DNA from: Nitrososphaeraceae archaeon
GTDB taxonomy: Archaea > Thermoproteota > Nitrososphaeria > Nitrososphaerales > Nitrososphaeraceae
Assembly: GCA_035253345.1 (NCBI GenBank)
Contig: DATFCH010000046.1
Location: 1-34,200 of the forward strand
DNA: 34,200 nucleotides
Direction: 5' to 3'
Part shown: positions 8,976-19,030 of the stretch, one piece after another
Numbering within the stretch: the stretch's first letter is position 1
Layout of the letters: every line of letters begins with the position of its first letter
The notes under the pieces: generated by a model
What the model was told of the DNA's origin: nothing
The model's input: the letters and a program-made list of their open reading frames with translations, nothing else
Databases searched by the model: none
Program-made: the position numbers and the translations under genes

Positions 8976-11882
8976 TTATTTTTCTTTTATTTCAATGGGT
9001 TTCAAATTTAATATCTTTTTCTTCAAATATTTTGCTGTATAACTTAAATCAGTATAATTTATTATTTTTTCAGGAGGTCCTTGAATTACTAAATGGCCTC
9101 CATTAGTTCCCCCTTCTGGACCCAAATCTATTATCCAATCAGCACTTGCAATAACATCTAGATTATGTTCAATCACTACGACTGTGTTTCCTAGATTTGT
9201 TAATCTTTTTAAAATTTTAAGGAGTTTTTTTACATCTTCAAAATGAAGTCCAGTTGTGGGTTCGTCTAGAATATATACTGTTTTCCCAGTATCTCTGCGA
9301 GATAATTCTGAAGCTAATTTTATTCTCTGCGCTTCTCCCCCTGAAAACGTTGTGGCAGGTTGACCAAGTTTAATGTAACCTAAACCTACATCAAATAATG
9401 TCTTAAGTTTCTTATAGATTGTTGGTACATTTTCAAAAAATTCCATTGCCTCTTCTACCGTGAAATTGAGGATATCATCAATAGTTCTGTTCTTGTATTT
9501 AACTAACAATGTCTCTGAATTATAGCGTTTTCCCATACATTCATTACATTTCACAAATACATCAGGCAAAAATTGCATTTCAATTTTTTTTACACCACAT
9601 CCTTCACATGATTCACATCTGCCACTTTTGACATTAAAGGAAAATCTTCCTGGAGTATATCCCATTTCTTTAGCAGTAATGGTTTTAGAATATATTTCAC
9701 GAATTGGGGTAAAGGCATTAACATATGTAGCAGCATTAGATCTAGGAGTTCTACCGATAGGAGATTGATCAATACCAATTACTTTATCAATATATTCGAT
9801 ACCTGTTAAAGAGTCAAATTTACCAGGAATTTCTTTGCCTCCAAAATAGTCATTTAATCCTTTATAAAGTATTTCGTTTATAAGCGTAGATTTTCCAGAA
9901 CCTGAGACTCCAGTAACCACAGTCATACAACCAAGCGGTATATCCACAGTTATTGATTTCAAATTATTTTCCTTTGCTCCATGAATAGTAATTATTTTTT
10001 TACCTTCATTTTTTTTTGAAATCAATGCAGCAATTTTTTCTCCTTTTAAATATTTTCCAGTAATAGATTTTTCGTTATTTGTAATATCTTTTAATGTCCC
10101 TTCGGCGACTATTTTCCCACCATGTATTCCCGCACCTGGACCGATATCGATTATCCAATCAGAATTTCTTATTACATCTTCATCGTGTTCAACAATAATA
10201 AGAGAATTGTCCAAATCTCGAAGTTTTTGTAGAGTCTTGATTAATCTATCATTGTCTCTTTGATGGAGTCCTATAGTTGGTTCATCTAAAACATAAAGAA
10301 CCCCTGTTAAATTAGATCCAATTTGAGTGGCTAGTCTGATTCTTTGAGATTCTCCTCCTGATAAAGATGAGGTTGATCTATTGAGGGTCAGGTAATTCAA
10401 TCCAACATTTATTAAAAATTCTAATCTTGATTTTATTTCCTTCAATACATCCTTTGCTATATATTTTTGTGTCGAATCAAGTGTTAAATTCTTAAAAAAT
10501 TTAAAACAATCATCTATAGGTAAATCTCCAACATCCATTATAGATTTTTGAGCCAATTTTATAAATAATGATTCTTTTTTTAACCTTTTACCAGAACATG
10601 TATCACAAGCTCGTTCATTCATAAAATGGGATAACATTTCTCTTTTACTTTCTGACTCGGTAGTGTTATACAATCTTTGCAAATTTGGGATTATACCTTC
10701 AAAATTACTCTCGTATTCCCATTTACTTTGTGAATACTTGGATTCATATCTGTAATAAATATTTTGTTCTGTGCCATACAAAATGATATTTATCTGTTTA
10801 CTAGTCATTTTTTCTATAGGTGTAGTTAAGTCAAAACCAAATTTTTTTCCAACATATTTTAACATAGAGGTCTTAAATGTAGCAAAATTTCCTTGCCATG
10901 GCCTAATTGCCCCCTCAAGAATATTTTTAGTTTTATCAGGAATTACTAAATCTGGATCAAATTCCATTTTAATACCTAAACCATTACAATCACTGCATGC
11001 ACCAAACGGTGAATTGAAAGAGAAAGATCTTGGTTCTATATTTCCAATACTTATCTTACAAAATGGACATGAATTGAATCTTGAAAATAAGAATTCTTTA
11101 TTATCAATGATAGCTATTGCTGTACCATTTGCTAAATTAGTTGCAATTTCCAAGGATTCAAATATTCTGCTTCTTTCTTTCGATAAACCTTGGATTCTAT
11201 CTATCACAACTTCTATTGTATGTTTTTTTTGTTTTTGTAAAGTAGGCTCCTTATCGTCTATTTTTAAAGATTCTTTATTTTCATAAGATTTTTCAGACGA
11301 AATATTAATGAAATCTTCTATGTTTGCAAAATTGCCATCAATTCTTAATTTAGTAAATCCCTTTTTGTATAATTCTTGAAATAATTTATCATATGATCCT
11401 TTTTTTCCTTGAATTATTGGTGCTAGAATAAGTATCATTGTTTTTTCCTTTGCGTATTTGAAAACAGAATCAGTAATAGATTCTAGGCTTTGGTTTTGTA
11501 TTTTTCTACCACAATTTGGACAATATGGTTCTCCGATTTTTGCATATAATAATCTGAGATAATCATAAATCTCTGTAACGGTACCTACAGTAGATCGAGG
11601 ATTTTTATTTGTTGTTTTTTGTTGAATTGAAATGGCTGGAGATAGCCCTTCAATAGATTCTACATCTGGTTTTTCCATAAGTTCAAGAAACTGCCTGGCA
11701 TAAGCCGATAAAGATTCAACATACCTTCTTTGTCCTTCTGCATAAATTGTATCAAATGCCAGGGTAGATTTTCCAGATCCAGAAAGCCCAGTAAATATAA
11801 CGATCTTCTTTTTAGGAATATCAACATTTACATTGTTAAGGTTGTGTTGTCTAGCGCCTTTGACAACTAATTTATCTATCAT
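8976..11882 (-). CDS. uvrA: Excinuclease ABC subunit A
   Basis: Two ABC modules (GLSGSGKS, GVSGSGKS, LSGGESQR, LDEPT), zinc fingers, AEGQRRYVESLS. Confidence 0.98.
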   Translation of the reverse strand: MIDKLVVKGARQHNLNNVNVDIPKKKIVIFTGLSGSGKSTLAFDTIYAEGQRRYVESLSAYARQFLELMEKPDVESIEGLSPAISIQQKTTNKNPRSTVGTVTEIYDYLRLLYAKIGEPYCPNCGRKIQNQSLESITDSVFKYAKEKTMILILAPIIQGKKGSYDKLFQELYKKGFTKLRIDGNFANIEDFINISSEKSYENKESLKIDDKEPTLQKQKKHTIEVVIDRIQGLSKERSRIFESLEIATNLANGTAIAIIDNKEFLFSRFNSCPFCKISIGNIEPRSFSFNSPFGACSDCNGLGIKMEFDPDLVIPDKTKNILEGAIRPWQGNFATFKTSMLKYVGKKFGFDLTTPIEKMTSKQINIILYGTEQNIYYRYESKYSQSKWEYESNFEGIIPNLQRLYNTTESESKREMLSHFMNERACDTCSGKRLKKESLFIKLAQKSIMDVGDLPIDDCFKFFKNLTLDSTQKYIAKDVLKEIKSRLEFLINVGLNYLTLNRSTSSLSGGESQRIRLATQIGSNLTGVLYVLDEPTIGLHQRDNDRLIKTLQKLRDLDNSLIIVEHDEDVIRNSDWIIDIGPGAGIHGGKIVAEGTLKDITNNEKSITGKYLKGEKIAALISKKNEGKKIITIHGAKENNLKSITVDIPLGCMTVVTGVSGSGKSTLINEILYKGLNDYFGGKEIPGKFDSLTGIEYIDKVIGIDQSPIGRTPRSNAATYVNAFTPIREIYSKTITAKEMGYTPGRFSFNVKSGRCESCEGCGVKKIEMQFLPDVFVKCNECMGKRYNSETLLVKYKNRTIDDILNFTVEEAMEFFENVPTIYKKLKTLFDVGLGYIKLGQPATTFSGGEAQRIKLASELSRRDTGKTVYILDEPTTGLHFEDVKKLLKILKRLTNLGNTVVVIEHNLDVIASADWIIDLGPEGGTNGGHLVIQGPPEKIINYTDLSYTAKYLKKKILNLKPIEIKEK

Positions 11883-11885
11883 TAT

Positions 11886-13859
11886 CTAGGTCAACTCTAT
11901 TATTCCAATCTCTTGATTGATTTTTTTTAATTTATCTCTTAATTTTATGGCTTTCTCAAATTCAAGCTCTTCTGCATAATTTTTCATCAAGGCTTCAGTT
12001 TCTACAGAAAGTTTCCTTAAATCATTTTTGCTCATAGATTTAAATGATTCATATTGATTTGATTCTTTATCAGTAGCAATAGGCTTTGATATCGAAACTG
12101 GTTCTATTCCATGTATCGTATTAAATTCTATCTGTTTCTTCCTTCTTCTATTAGTTTCTTTAATGGCAGATTCCATCGATTTTGTGATTTTATCAGCATA
12201 CATTATTACCTTCCCATCAATATTTCTGGCAGCTCTACCAAATGTTTGTATAAGACTTGTATCATTTCGTAAAAACCCTTCTTTGTCTGCATCTAAAATA
12301 ACAACCAAAGATACCTCAGGAATATCTAGTCCTTCTCTCAATAAATTAATGCCAACTAGTACATCAAATTCTCCAAGCCTTAATTGACGAATAAGTTCAG
12401 TTCGTTCTAATCCATCAATTTCAGCATGAAGATATCTTACTTTGATATTTTTTTTTGATAAAAACTCTGCTAAATCTTCTGCCATTCTCTTAGTTAATGT
12501 TGTGACTAAGACCCTTTGTCTCTTAGTTATCCTTTTTTGAATTTCATTAATTAGATTTTGAATTTGATTTTTTGTTGTTCTAACTTCTACTATTGGATCA
12601 GTAAGACCTGTAGGCCTAACAACTTGTTCTACGATCTGATGACTGGAAGCAATTTCATATGGCCCAGGAGTGGCAGATACAAATATTACCTTATCTAAAT
12701 ATTTTTCAAATTCAATAAATTTTAGAGGGCGGTTATCAAATGCACTAGGGAGTCGAAAACCATAATCAACCAACATTTTTTTCCTTGTATGGTCACCGTG
12801 ATACATACCTCTTAATTGTGGAATAGTTACATGTGATTCATCTATGACTAGTAGAAAATCATCCTTGAAAAAATCCAATAAACAATAGGGTGGCTCACCT
12901 TCTTTTCGGCCGTCAAAATGGCGTGAATAGTTTTCTATTCCATTGCAATAACCCAGTTCGTTTATCATTTCAATATCATATCTAGTTCTAGAATCGAGTC
13001 TTTCCTTTTCTAATTCGCCATCTAATTGAGGTAACCATGTAAGTAATTCTTTTTTTATCATTCTTATTGCGTTGTCTCTCACTTTTTTATCGGTTAGATA
13101 ATGCTTTGCCGGAAATAATTTAATTTGATCTATATTTCTGTTTTTTTTTAAGCTAATTGAGTCATGAATGGTTATTTGTTCTACCTCATCTCCAAAAAAA
13201 GTTATTCTAATTATCTCATTAGAATATCCAGGCAAAATGTCAATATTTTCTCCCCTTACTCGAAATTTACCGCCTGTTATAGATAAATCATTTCTTTCAT
13301 ATCTAGAATCAATTAATCGTTTGATAAGTTCTTTTCTATTTATTGAATCTCCTTCTCTTATTGTTATTGATCTTTTTTCCCATTCTGATGGAGAACCCAA
13401 TGAATAAATGCATGAAACAGTAGAAACAATAATTGTAGGTTTGCCACTCATTAGCATTGCAGTTGCTTCTAACCTCATTTTTTCAATCGTTTCATTTACT
13501 TCTGTATTTTTTTCTATGTAAGTATCAGTTTGTGGAATATAGCTTTCCGGTTGATAATAATCATAGAAACTAACAAAATAACCTACATTTGAGGAAGGAA
13601 AAAAGTCTTTAAATTCAGAATAAAGTTGAGCTGCAAGAGTTTTATTGTGTGAAATTACAAGAGTATTCTTTTTAATGCGAGAAATAATATTGGCAATTGT
13701 AAAAGTTTTCCCACTACCAGTTACACCAAGCAAAGTTTGAATTGATTTTGTATTTGTTTGAATTGTTCTAGTTAGCTTTTCTATAGCTTCAGGTTGATCA
13801 CCACTAGGTAAATATGATGATTCTATAATAAATTCAGTAGGATTTAATGTTTTATTCAA
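11886..13859 (-). CDS. uvrB: Excinuclease ABC subunit B
   Basis: PSGDQP, LLGVTGSGKT, HNKTLAAQL, YDYYQPE beta-hairpin, DESH, GINLLREGLD, C-terminal UVR domain. Confidence 0.98.
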   Translation of the reverse strand: MNKTLNPTEFIIESSYLPSGDQPEAIEKLTRTIQTNTKSIQTLLGVTGSGKTFTIANIISRIKKNTLVISHNKTLAAQLYSEFKDFFPSSNVGYFVSFYDYYQPESYIPQTDTYIEKNTEVNETIEKMRLEATAMLMSGKPTIIVSTVSCIYSLGSPSEWEKRSITIREGDSINRKELIKRLIDSRYERNDLSITGGKFRVRGENIDILPGYSNEIIRITFFGDEVEQITIHDSISLKKNRNIDQIKLFPAKHYLTDKKVRDNAIRMIKKELLTWLPQLDGELEKERLDSRTRYDIEMINELGYCNGIENYSRHFDGRKEGEPPYCLLDFFKDDFLLVIDESHVTIPQLRGMYHGDHTRKKMLVDYGFRLPSAFDNRPLKFIEFEKYLDKVIFVSATPGPYEIASSHQIVEQVVRPTGLTDPIVEVRTTKNQIQNLINEIQKRITKRQRVLVTTLTKRMAEDLAEFLSKKNIKVRYLHAEIDGLERTELIRQLRLGEFDVLVGINLLREGLDIPEVSLVVILDADKEGFLRNDTSLIQTFGRAARNIDGKVIMYADKITKSMESAIKETNRRRKKQIEFNTIHGIEPVSISKPIATDKESNQYESFKSMSKNDLRKLSVETEALMKNYAEELEFEKAIKLRDKLKKINQEIGIIELT

Positions 13860-13906
13860 ATATAACTCCTAGGCTTCTAATTTATAATTTAAAGAAAAAA
13901 AGTGAA

Positions 13907-14461
13907 TCAAGCCTTCCACTTTATAGAACAGCCAATGGAAGGATCAAAATCCTTTTCAATTGCTTGACCATCTAAAATCTTGCGAATATTTTCTTCCATT
14001 ATTGGTCTAATAGCCTGACTTTCAGGATTATTAGCATCATTAATTCGACCATGAAACACTAGTTTTCTTTCATGATCAAATAAAAAAGGGTCTGGAGTAC
14101 AAACTGCACCAAAGGATTTGGCTATTTCCTGAGTTTCATCTAGGAGATAAGGGAAATTTAGGTTGTATTCATTTGAAAATTTTTTCATATTTTCAAATCC
14201 TTCATCCTCATAATTCGGATCATTACTATTAATCGCCACAACTTGAAACTCATTTAGCTCGAATTTATCTTGTAGATTAACCAGATCTTTGATAATCGCC
14301 TTGACAAATGGACAATGATTACAAATAAAAATTACCAGAATAGTTTTGCTATTTAATTCATTTAATGAATGCATTTTACCATCAACTCCAATTAAATTGA
14401 AGAATGGAGCGTTACTATCTGTTTTCAATTTAGGAGAAGATTCAGTTTTAACCATAATCAT
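13907..14461 (-). CDS. Thioredoxin-fold AhpC/TSA-like protein
   Basis: FICNHCPFV CxxC, AINSND, CTPDPFLF, C-terminal SIGCSIKWK. Confidence 0.92.
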   Translation of the reverse strand: MIMVKTESSPKLKTDSNAPFFNLIGVDGKMHSLNELNSKTILVIFICNHCPFVKAIIKDLVNLQDKFELNEFQVVAINSNDPNYEDEGFENMKKFSNEYNLNFPYLLDETQEIAKSFGAVCTPDPFLFDHERKLVFHGRINDANNPESQAIRPIMEENIRKILDGQAIEKDFDPSIGCSIKWKA

Positions 14462-15271
14462 TAATTTTTTTTCTGTTACATATATCTTCGGTTCAGAAAG
14501 GAATTTTAAAGATTCAACGTATTAATGACAAGTAAAAGATTTTTTTTAATTAGTAAGAATTCATTTAGCCAACTACGACGATTACTAAATATAGAATAAT
14601 TTTTTTTACTACTTTCAAAAATGCTTTTTATCACGTAGTTTTATTAGACCATTCGAAACAAATTGCAACACACAACTTAAATTTTATTTGTAATTTATTT
14701 AGGTAACTCGTTAGTACTTGAATCGTTCATTTACCATAATTATGAATTTCGTAATTAATTATAAGAATTTAACAAACAAAGATGAGAATGGACTGTTCCA
14801 AATTTAGTTTTTAAACATTAAAATTTTGAGAGTAGAAGAACATATTATTATTCATAATAATGAAAAATCAACCATACCAGATAATGAGAAAATATCAGGA
14901 TTTTAATATTAATTAATATTCTTTTTGATATAATGTTTGATATTTTATTTAGTTTATGTCCGCTTAATTTCCAATCATTTATTCATTCGTATCTAATGTT
15001 ATACTTTTGCAGATAGTATGTAATTTATTCTATTTTTTGCCAGCAAATATTAACATTAGATTTTTGTAAATTAGTGTTTTGGTAATTTATTTGATATTAA
15101 AATCTAGTTAGCCTCCACAATAATAAACTATTAATAGTATCGTTTAAGATAACAGCTTATTAATTGTGCTACTAAACGATAGTAAAGTAAAAAGGTCACT
15201 CATTAAAATTATAATTCTTTTTCTTACAAATGATATCGGGATATTTCATATAATACAATGAAAATTATTTT

Positions 15272-15928
15272 CTATTCCTGATTCAATATTTCGACTTTGA
15301 ATTTATTCACTAGTTTTTTAAATTTCAACGCATCTTCTACATTACCAACTATCGAACCATAGTGCATAGGAATAGCCATTATTGTAGGTCTAAGTAAATT
15401 ATTAACACAATCTGCTGCTTCTTCTGCTGTCATCACATACACACCCGAAACTGGTACTAACGCAATATCAGGTATAAATTTACTCATTTCAGGTATTTTG
15501 TCTGAATCTCCTGCATGATATATTCGAGTATTATTACAAGTTATTATAAAGCCAATTTTTTTATCTTCCTTTGGATGAAAATTTTTATCAATATTATACG
15601 CGTGAACAGCTTCGATATTGATACCATCTTCGTGAATTACCTGTCCGGGTTCAACATTTTTTACATTTGTGAATCCCTCTTGGCTTAACTTTTCTCTGCA
15701 TTCTAAGGCTGCTATTATCTTTGTATTATCATTTATGACATGGCGTATATCTTCAATACTAAGATGGTCAAAATGATTATGAGAAATTAAAACCAACTCT
15801 GCATCATTTTTTTTATGATTCACTTTAGATAATTTGTATGGATCAATGTAAATTACTCTATTATTGTCTGTGACTATTTTAAAGCTGTCATGTCCTAACC
15901 AATGGATTTTTATATTATTAACTATCAA
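15272..15928 (-). CDS. Metallo-beta-lactamase-fold hydrolase
   Basis: WLGHDSF, IDPY, SHNHFDH, YHAGD, PMHYG. Confidence 0.92.
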   Translation of the reverse strand: MIVNNIKIHWLGHDSFKIVTDNNRVIYIDPYKLSKVNHKKNDAELVLISHNHFDHLSIEDIRHVINDNTKIIAALECREKLSQEGFTNVKNVEPGQVIHEDGINIEAVHAYNIDKNFHPKEDKKIGFIITCNNTRIYHAGDSDKIPEMSKFIPDIALVPVSGVYVMTAEEAADCVNNLLRPTIMAIPMHYGSIVGNVEDALKFKKLVNKFKVEILNQE

Positions 15929-15971
15929 TATAAAATCTATAATTTTAATACAAATTTAAATTTGTTTATTA

Positions 15972-16346
15972 TTATATTCTAATCACTATATCGTTTTTTA
16001 AGGAAAAAACCATAATTTTTTCAGAAAGGGACCGTTTGATTAAATTTTTATCTACAGTTGCAATGGCACAATTATTAGAACTAGCATAATCAACCAGGCT
16101 ATCGTCTGGATATTTTGATTTTTTTGTTGTTACAACCTGTAATTTTTTAGTAAGTTCTAAAACAGTTTTGGCCAGTCGCGACATTTTATAAGATTTTGTT
16201 TTTGTTATATTATTTAGTTCTTCAATTACTATATCAGGAATCAGAAAATTGGTTTTTCCATAATTTATTGTGATATTATCCAAAAGTTTAATAGGTTTTG
16301 TGACTAAAACCATTAGAAAACTAGTATCACAGATTATATTTATCAA
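15972..16346 (-). CDS. PIN-domain ribonuclease (Fcf1/Utp24-like)
   Basis: IICDTSFL, VIEEL, PDD, IATVDKNL acidic residues of the PIN fold. Confidence 0.85.
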   Translation of the reverse strand: MINIICDTSFLMVLVTKPIKLLDNITINYGKTNFLIPDIVIEELNNITKTKSYKMSRLAKTVLELTKKLQVVTTKKSKYPDDSLVDYASSNNCAIATVDKNLIKRSLSEKIMVFSLKNDIVIRI

Positions 16347-16428
16347 GATTGATATTCTTATTCTCGTATCGGAAGGTTACCAGAAATATTTTTGAAAAAG
16401 AAAAATATAGGTTTGGATTAGAATATGC

Positions 16429-16821
16429 TTATTTTTCGTATCCTATTCTATCTGCTAATTTAACTACTTCTCGACCTTTGTTTGTCAATGCATTGTATAT
16501 TCTTGGCTTTCCTCTGCCTCGTGATTTTTCTTTCTTTACTTTTCGTTCAATAAGTCCTAAATTTGTAGCTCTTTTCATTAGAGATTGTCCATAACCCCAA
16601 CTTCCCATAGTTATAAGTAATTCCCGGGTATGTAATTCTTTGTTTTTCTTTAAAACTCTCAGTAATGGAATAAGAGGACGTTCATTTATAAGAACTTTTA
16701 GGATATTTAATTCTACAGTTAAAGGAACAGATTTTGTTTCTTTAACTACACTAACTGGCTTAATTTCTTTAGTTTCCTTAGGAGTTTCTTTTTTAGGTTT
16801 AGAGTTCTTTTTCGCTATCAT
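16429..16821 (-). CDS. Basic winged-helix DNA-binding protein with Lys-rich N-terminal tail
   Basis: LGLIER...IYNALTNKGREV wHTH signature; start placed at ATG 16821 (ORF track 16845). Confidence 0.7.
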   Translation of the reverse strand: MIAKKNSKPKKETPKETKEIKPVSVVKETKSVPLTVELNILKVLINERPLIPLLRVLKKNKELHTRELLITMGSWGYGQSLMKRATNLGLIERKVKKEKSRGRGKPRIYNALTNKGREVVKLADRIGYEK

Positions 16822-18575
16822 TTTTCTACCTATGTGACAATACAAAAGATAAATATTTAATCATTTTGTTTCCGAATCAATTTAAATCCCTCAAAACAGA
16901 GATATGGTCCAACATTTTTTAGTCACTATTAGTAATTTATTCGGAATAATTTATATAAATCGTAAAATTATTAGTACCGTATATATTTGATTTAGCATAA
17001 ACTTTGAAATGAATAACATATAGAACAAGTAACCTTGTTAATACCTACATAATGTACCTGGCCTCTGGCATATACTTAAAAGAATTAATTTACCACTAAT
17101 TTAATTGAGATTATTTTTATCAAAAATCTTAATTTCAAAATATTATTGACTTAAATTTGGACTCCGAAATATATTTTTATCTTAAATTACTCCTCATTAC
17201 TCCAAGTTCTAATTATATTTTTATTTTCCTTTTATATTTATTTAGAAACTTGTTCATCATTAAGACGACAAATATATGTTAGTATTTTTAATCAGTCTTA
17301 TCTACTTTTTTTAAATACAATATTATAAATCATATGCTAAGTATTCATTTCCCTTTATTTTGTTTACAGTTTATTGTTTGCTAATTTTTAATATAACTAA
17401 AGGTAAATCGATAAAAAACAATAGAATCTTATTGAAATTTGATAACCCATAAAATGAATCAAAATCTCAAACATTGAATTAAGAATCAGTTATAATGAAT
17501 ATTAACCGAGATAATTATTTGATCACTGAATAGTTTTAGTTCAAAAAAAATAGTAAGGATAATAACTTTAACATTATTTTCATCAATTCTGTGCATCATT
17601 AATTTCATTTTTAATGATTTTTGTGATATCTTTTATAATAATCCTACGGAGTCAGGATAAACTTTACTTTCGTCTATCCCTTTATACATTTACCTGTCAT
17701 AATTTCTTTAACTTCTGAGAAATCGAATGTATATTGGTTTTAGTTTGGAATCTTGATTCTTAATATTGTCATTTGATGTTTATTATTGTTATTGATTTCT
17801 TTAAACATTAATTAAAATAACATCATACACACTAAATTAAAATATTATTTTTAAAATTAAACCATTATTTTTGAATAATTGCAATCTTACATTCTAAACA
17901 TGAAAACAATTTGAAATTCAAAGTTTAGACTATACTGTGACTTTACATATTTAAATTACAACTTAGTTAATAGAATACCTACATCTTTTAATATTACAGA
18001 AGTTTTAGTCATATTTTACTTTTTTTATCAGTGATAAATTGGTGACAACATAATCAAATTAGAAAGGTTGTATCTAAATGTTTATATCATAAAAATAAGT
18101 TCAAAACTTACCGATAAATGATTTTATTAATAGAATTTGGTATTATCGTACTTAAATTGATAGAATTTTGTCGTTTCTCAAATTCATATTTAGAATATTA
18201 AATACCTTAAAAATAATTTAGAAATGGATTAGATCATATTTCAATTACTACATTCAGAAAGGAACAAAATAGTAGAAATAATATTTAGAAATGAATTAAT
18301 ATTTATTTCTATCAAACTATGTTGTAATAGTAATTTTTATAGATGTTGGTATCAAAAAGTTTTCACCAAAAAAAACCTTTATCAGAACAAGTTAATTCTG
18401 CGCCACAATTATTACATCTAAGATGACATACTTGAAGGGAAATCATCTTATTTTTACAAATTGGGCATACAGTCGTCTCTTTATTTTGACTTTCATTCAA
18501 TATATATGAGTTTTTGAAAAAGCAAATTTTAAGTTATTGCAAAGATTAATTAATAATAGGAAATCAAAAATATTA

Positions 18576-18959
18576 TTGGTAAATTTTAAAGTTGTAATAT
18601 CCGATAAAACAGGTAAAAGTTTATCTCATGAACTTAAAGATAAAGATGCACAACCTTTTTTAGGATCTAAAATTGGTGATACTTTTGACTCCTCTCTTAT
18701 TGGAATTTCTGGGGGAAAATTGCAAATTACTGGAGGCAGCGATACATCCGGTACACCTATGCGTTCTGATGTTCATGGTGGGGTAAAAAAATATGTTCTT
18801 TTAAATACAGGAGTGGGAATGAGGGATTCTACTGAGGGGAAGAGGATTAGAAAATTAATTAGAGGAAATATGATTACTGAGGAAATATACCAATTGAATT
18901 GCATTTTAGACGGAGCTGCTATACCTTCTACAACAGACAAAAATCCTTCTAACCAATAA
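18576..18959 (+). CDS. rps6e: 30S ribosomal protein S6e
   Basis: FKVVISD, LQITGGSDTSGTPMRSDVHG, GKRIRKLIRGN, QLN; start placed at in-frame TTG 18576; adjacent to aIF2-gamma. Confidence 0.96.
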   Translation: MVNFKVVISDKTGKSLSHELKDKDAQPFLGSKIGDTFDSSLIGISGGKLQITGGSDTSGTPMRSDVHGGVKKYVLLNTGVGMRDSTEGKRIRKLIRGNMITEEIYQLNCILDGAAIPSTTDKNPSNQ

Positions 18960-19030
18960 ATAAATTTTAAATTCCTTTATAAAACAATTATCAATTACCT
19001 TAATATCCCTCAATAAATCTACATTCGCTA

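Noticed and set aside
7271-13859. Bacterial-type uvrABC in an archaeon as a novelty
   Set aside because: Already known in several mesophilic archaeal lineages; only the UvrC truncation is flagged
14742-14906. 55-codon + strand frame with one internal TAG in the 14462-15271 spacer (pseudogene or readthrough)
   Set aside because: No recognisable motif and no evidence of amber-decoding machinery in the window; cannot be distinguished from chance
17040-17984. 11-bp direct repeat AATACCTACAT at 17040 and 17974 as a target-site duplication
   Set aside because: A few 11-mer matches are expected by chance in 1.7 kb of such AT-rich DNA; no terminal inverted repeats seen
16846-18536. Replication origin or CRISPR array in the long spacer
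   Set aside because: No ORB consensus, no adjacent cdc6/orc1, no regularly spaced repeats
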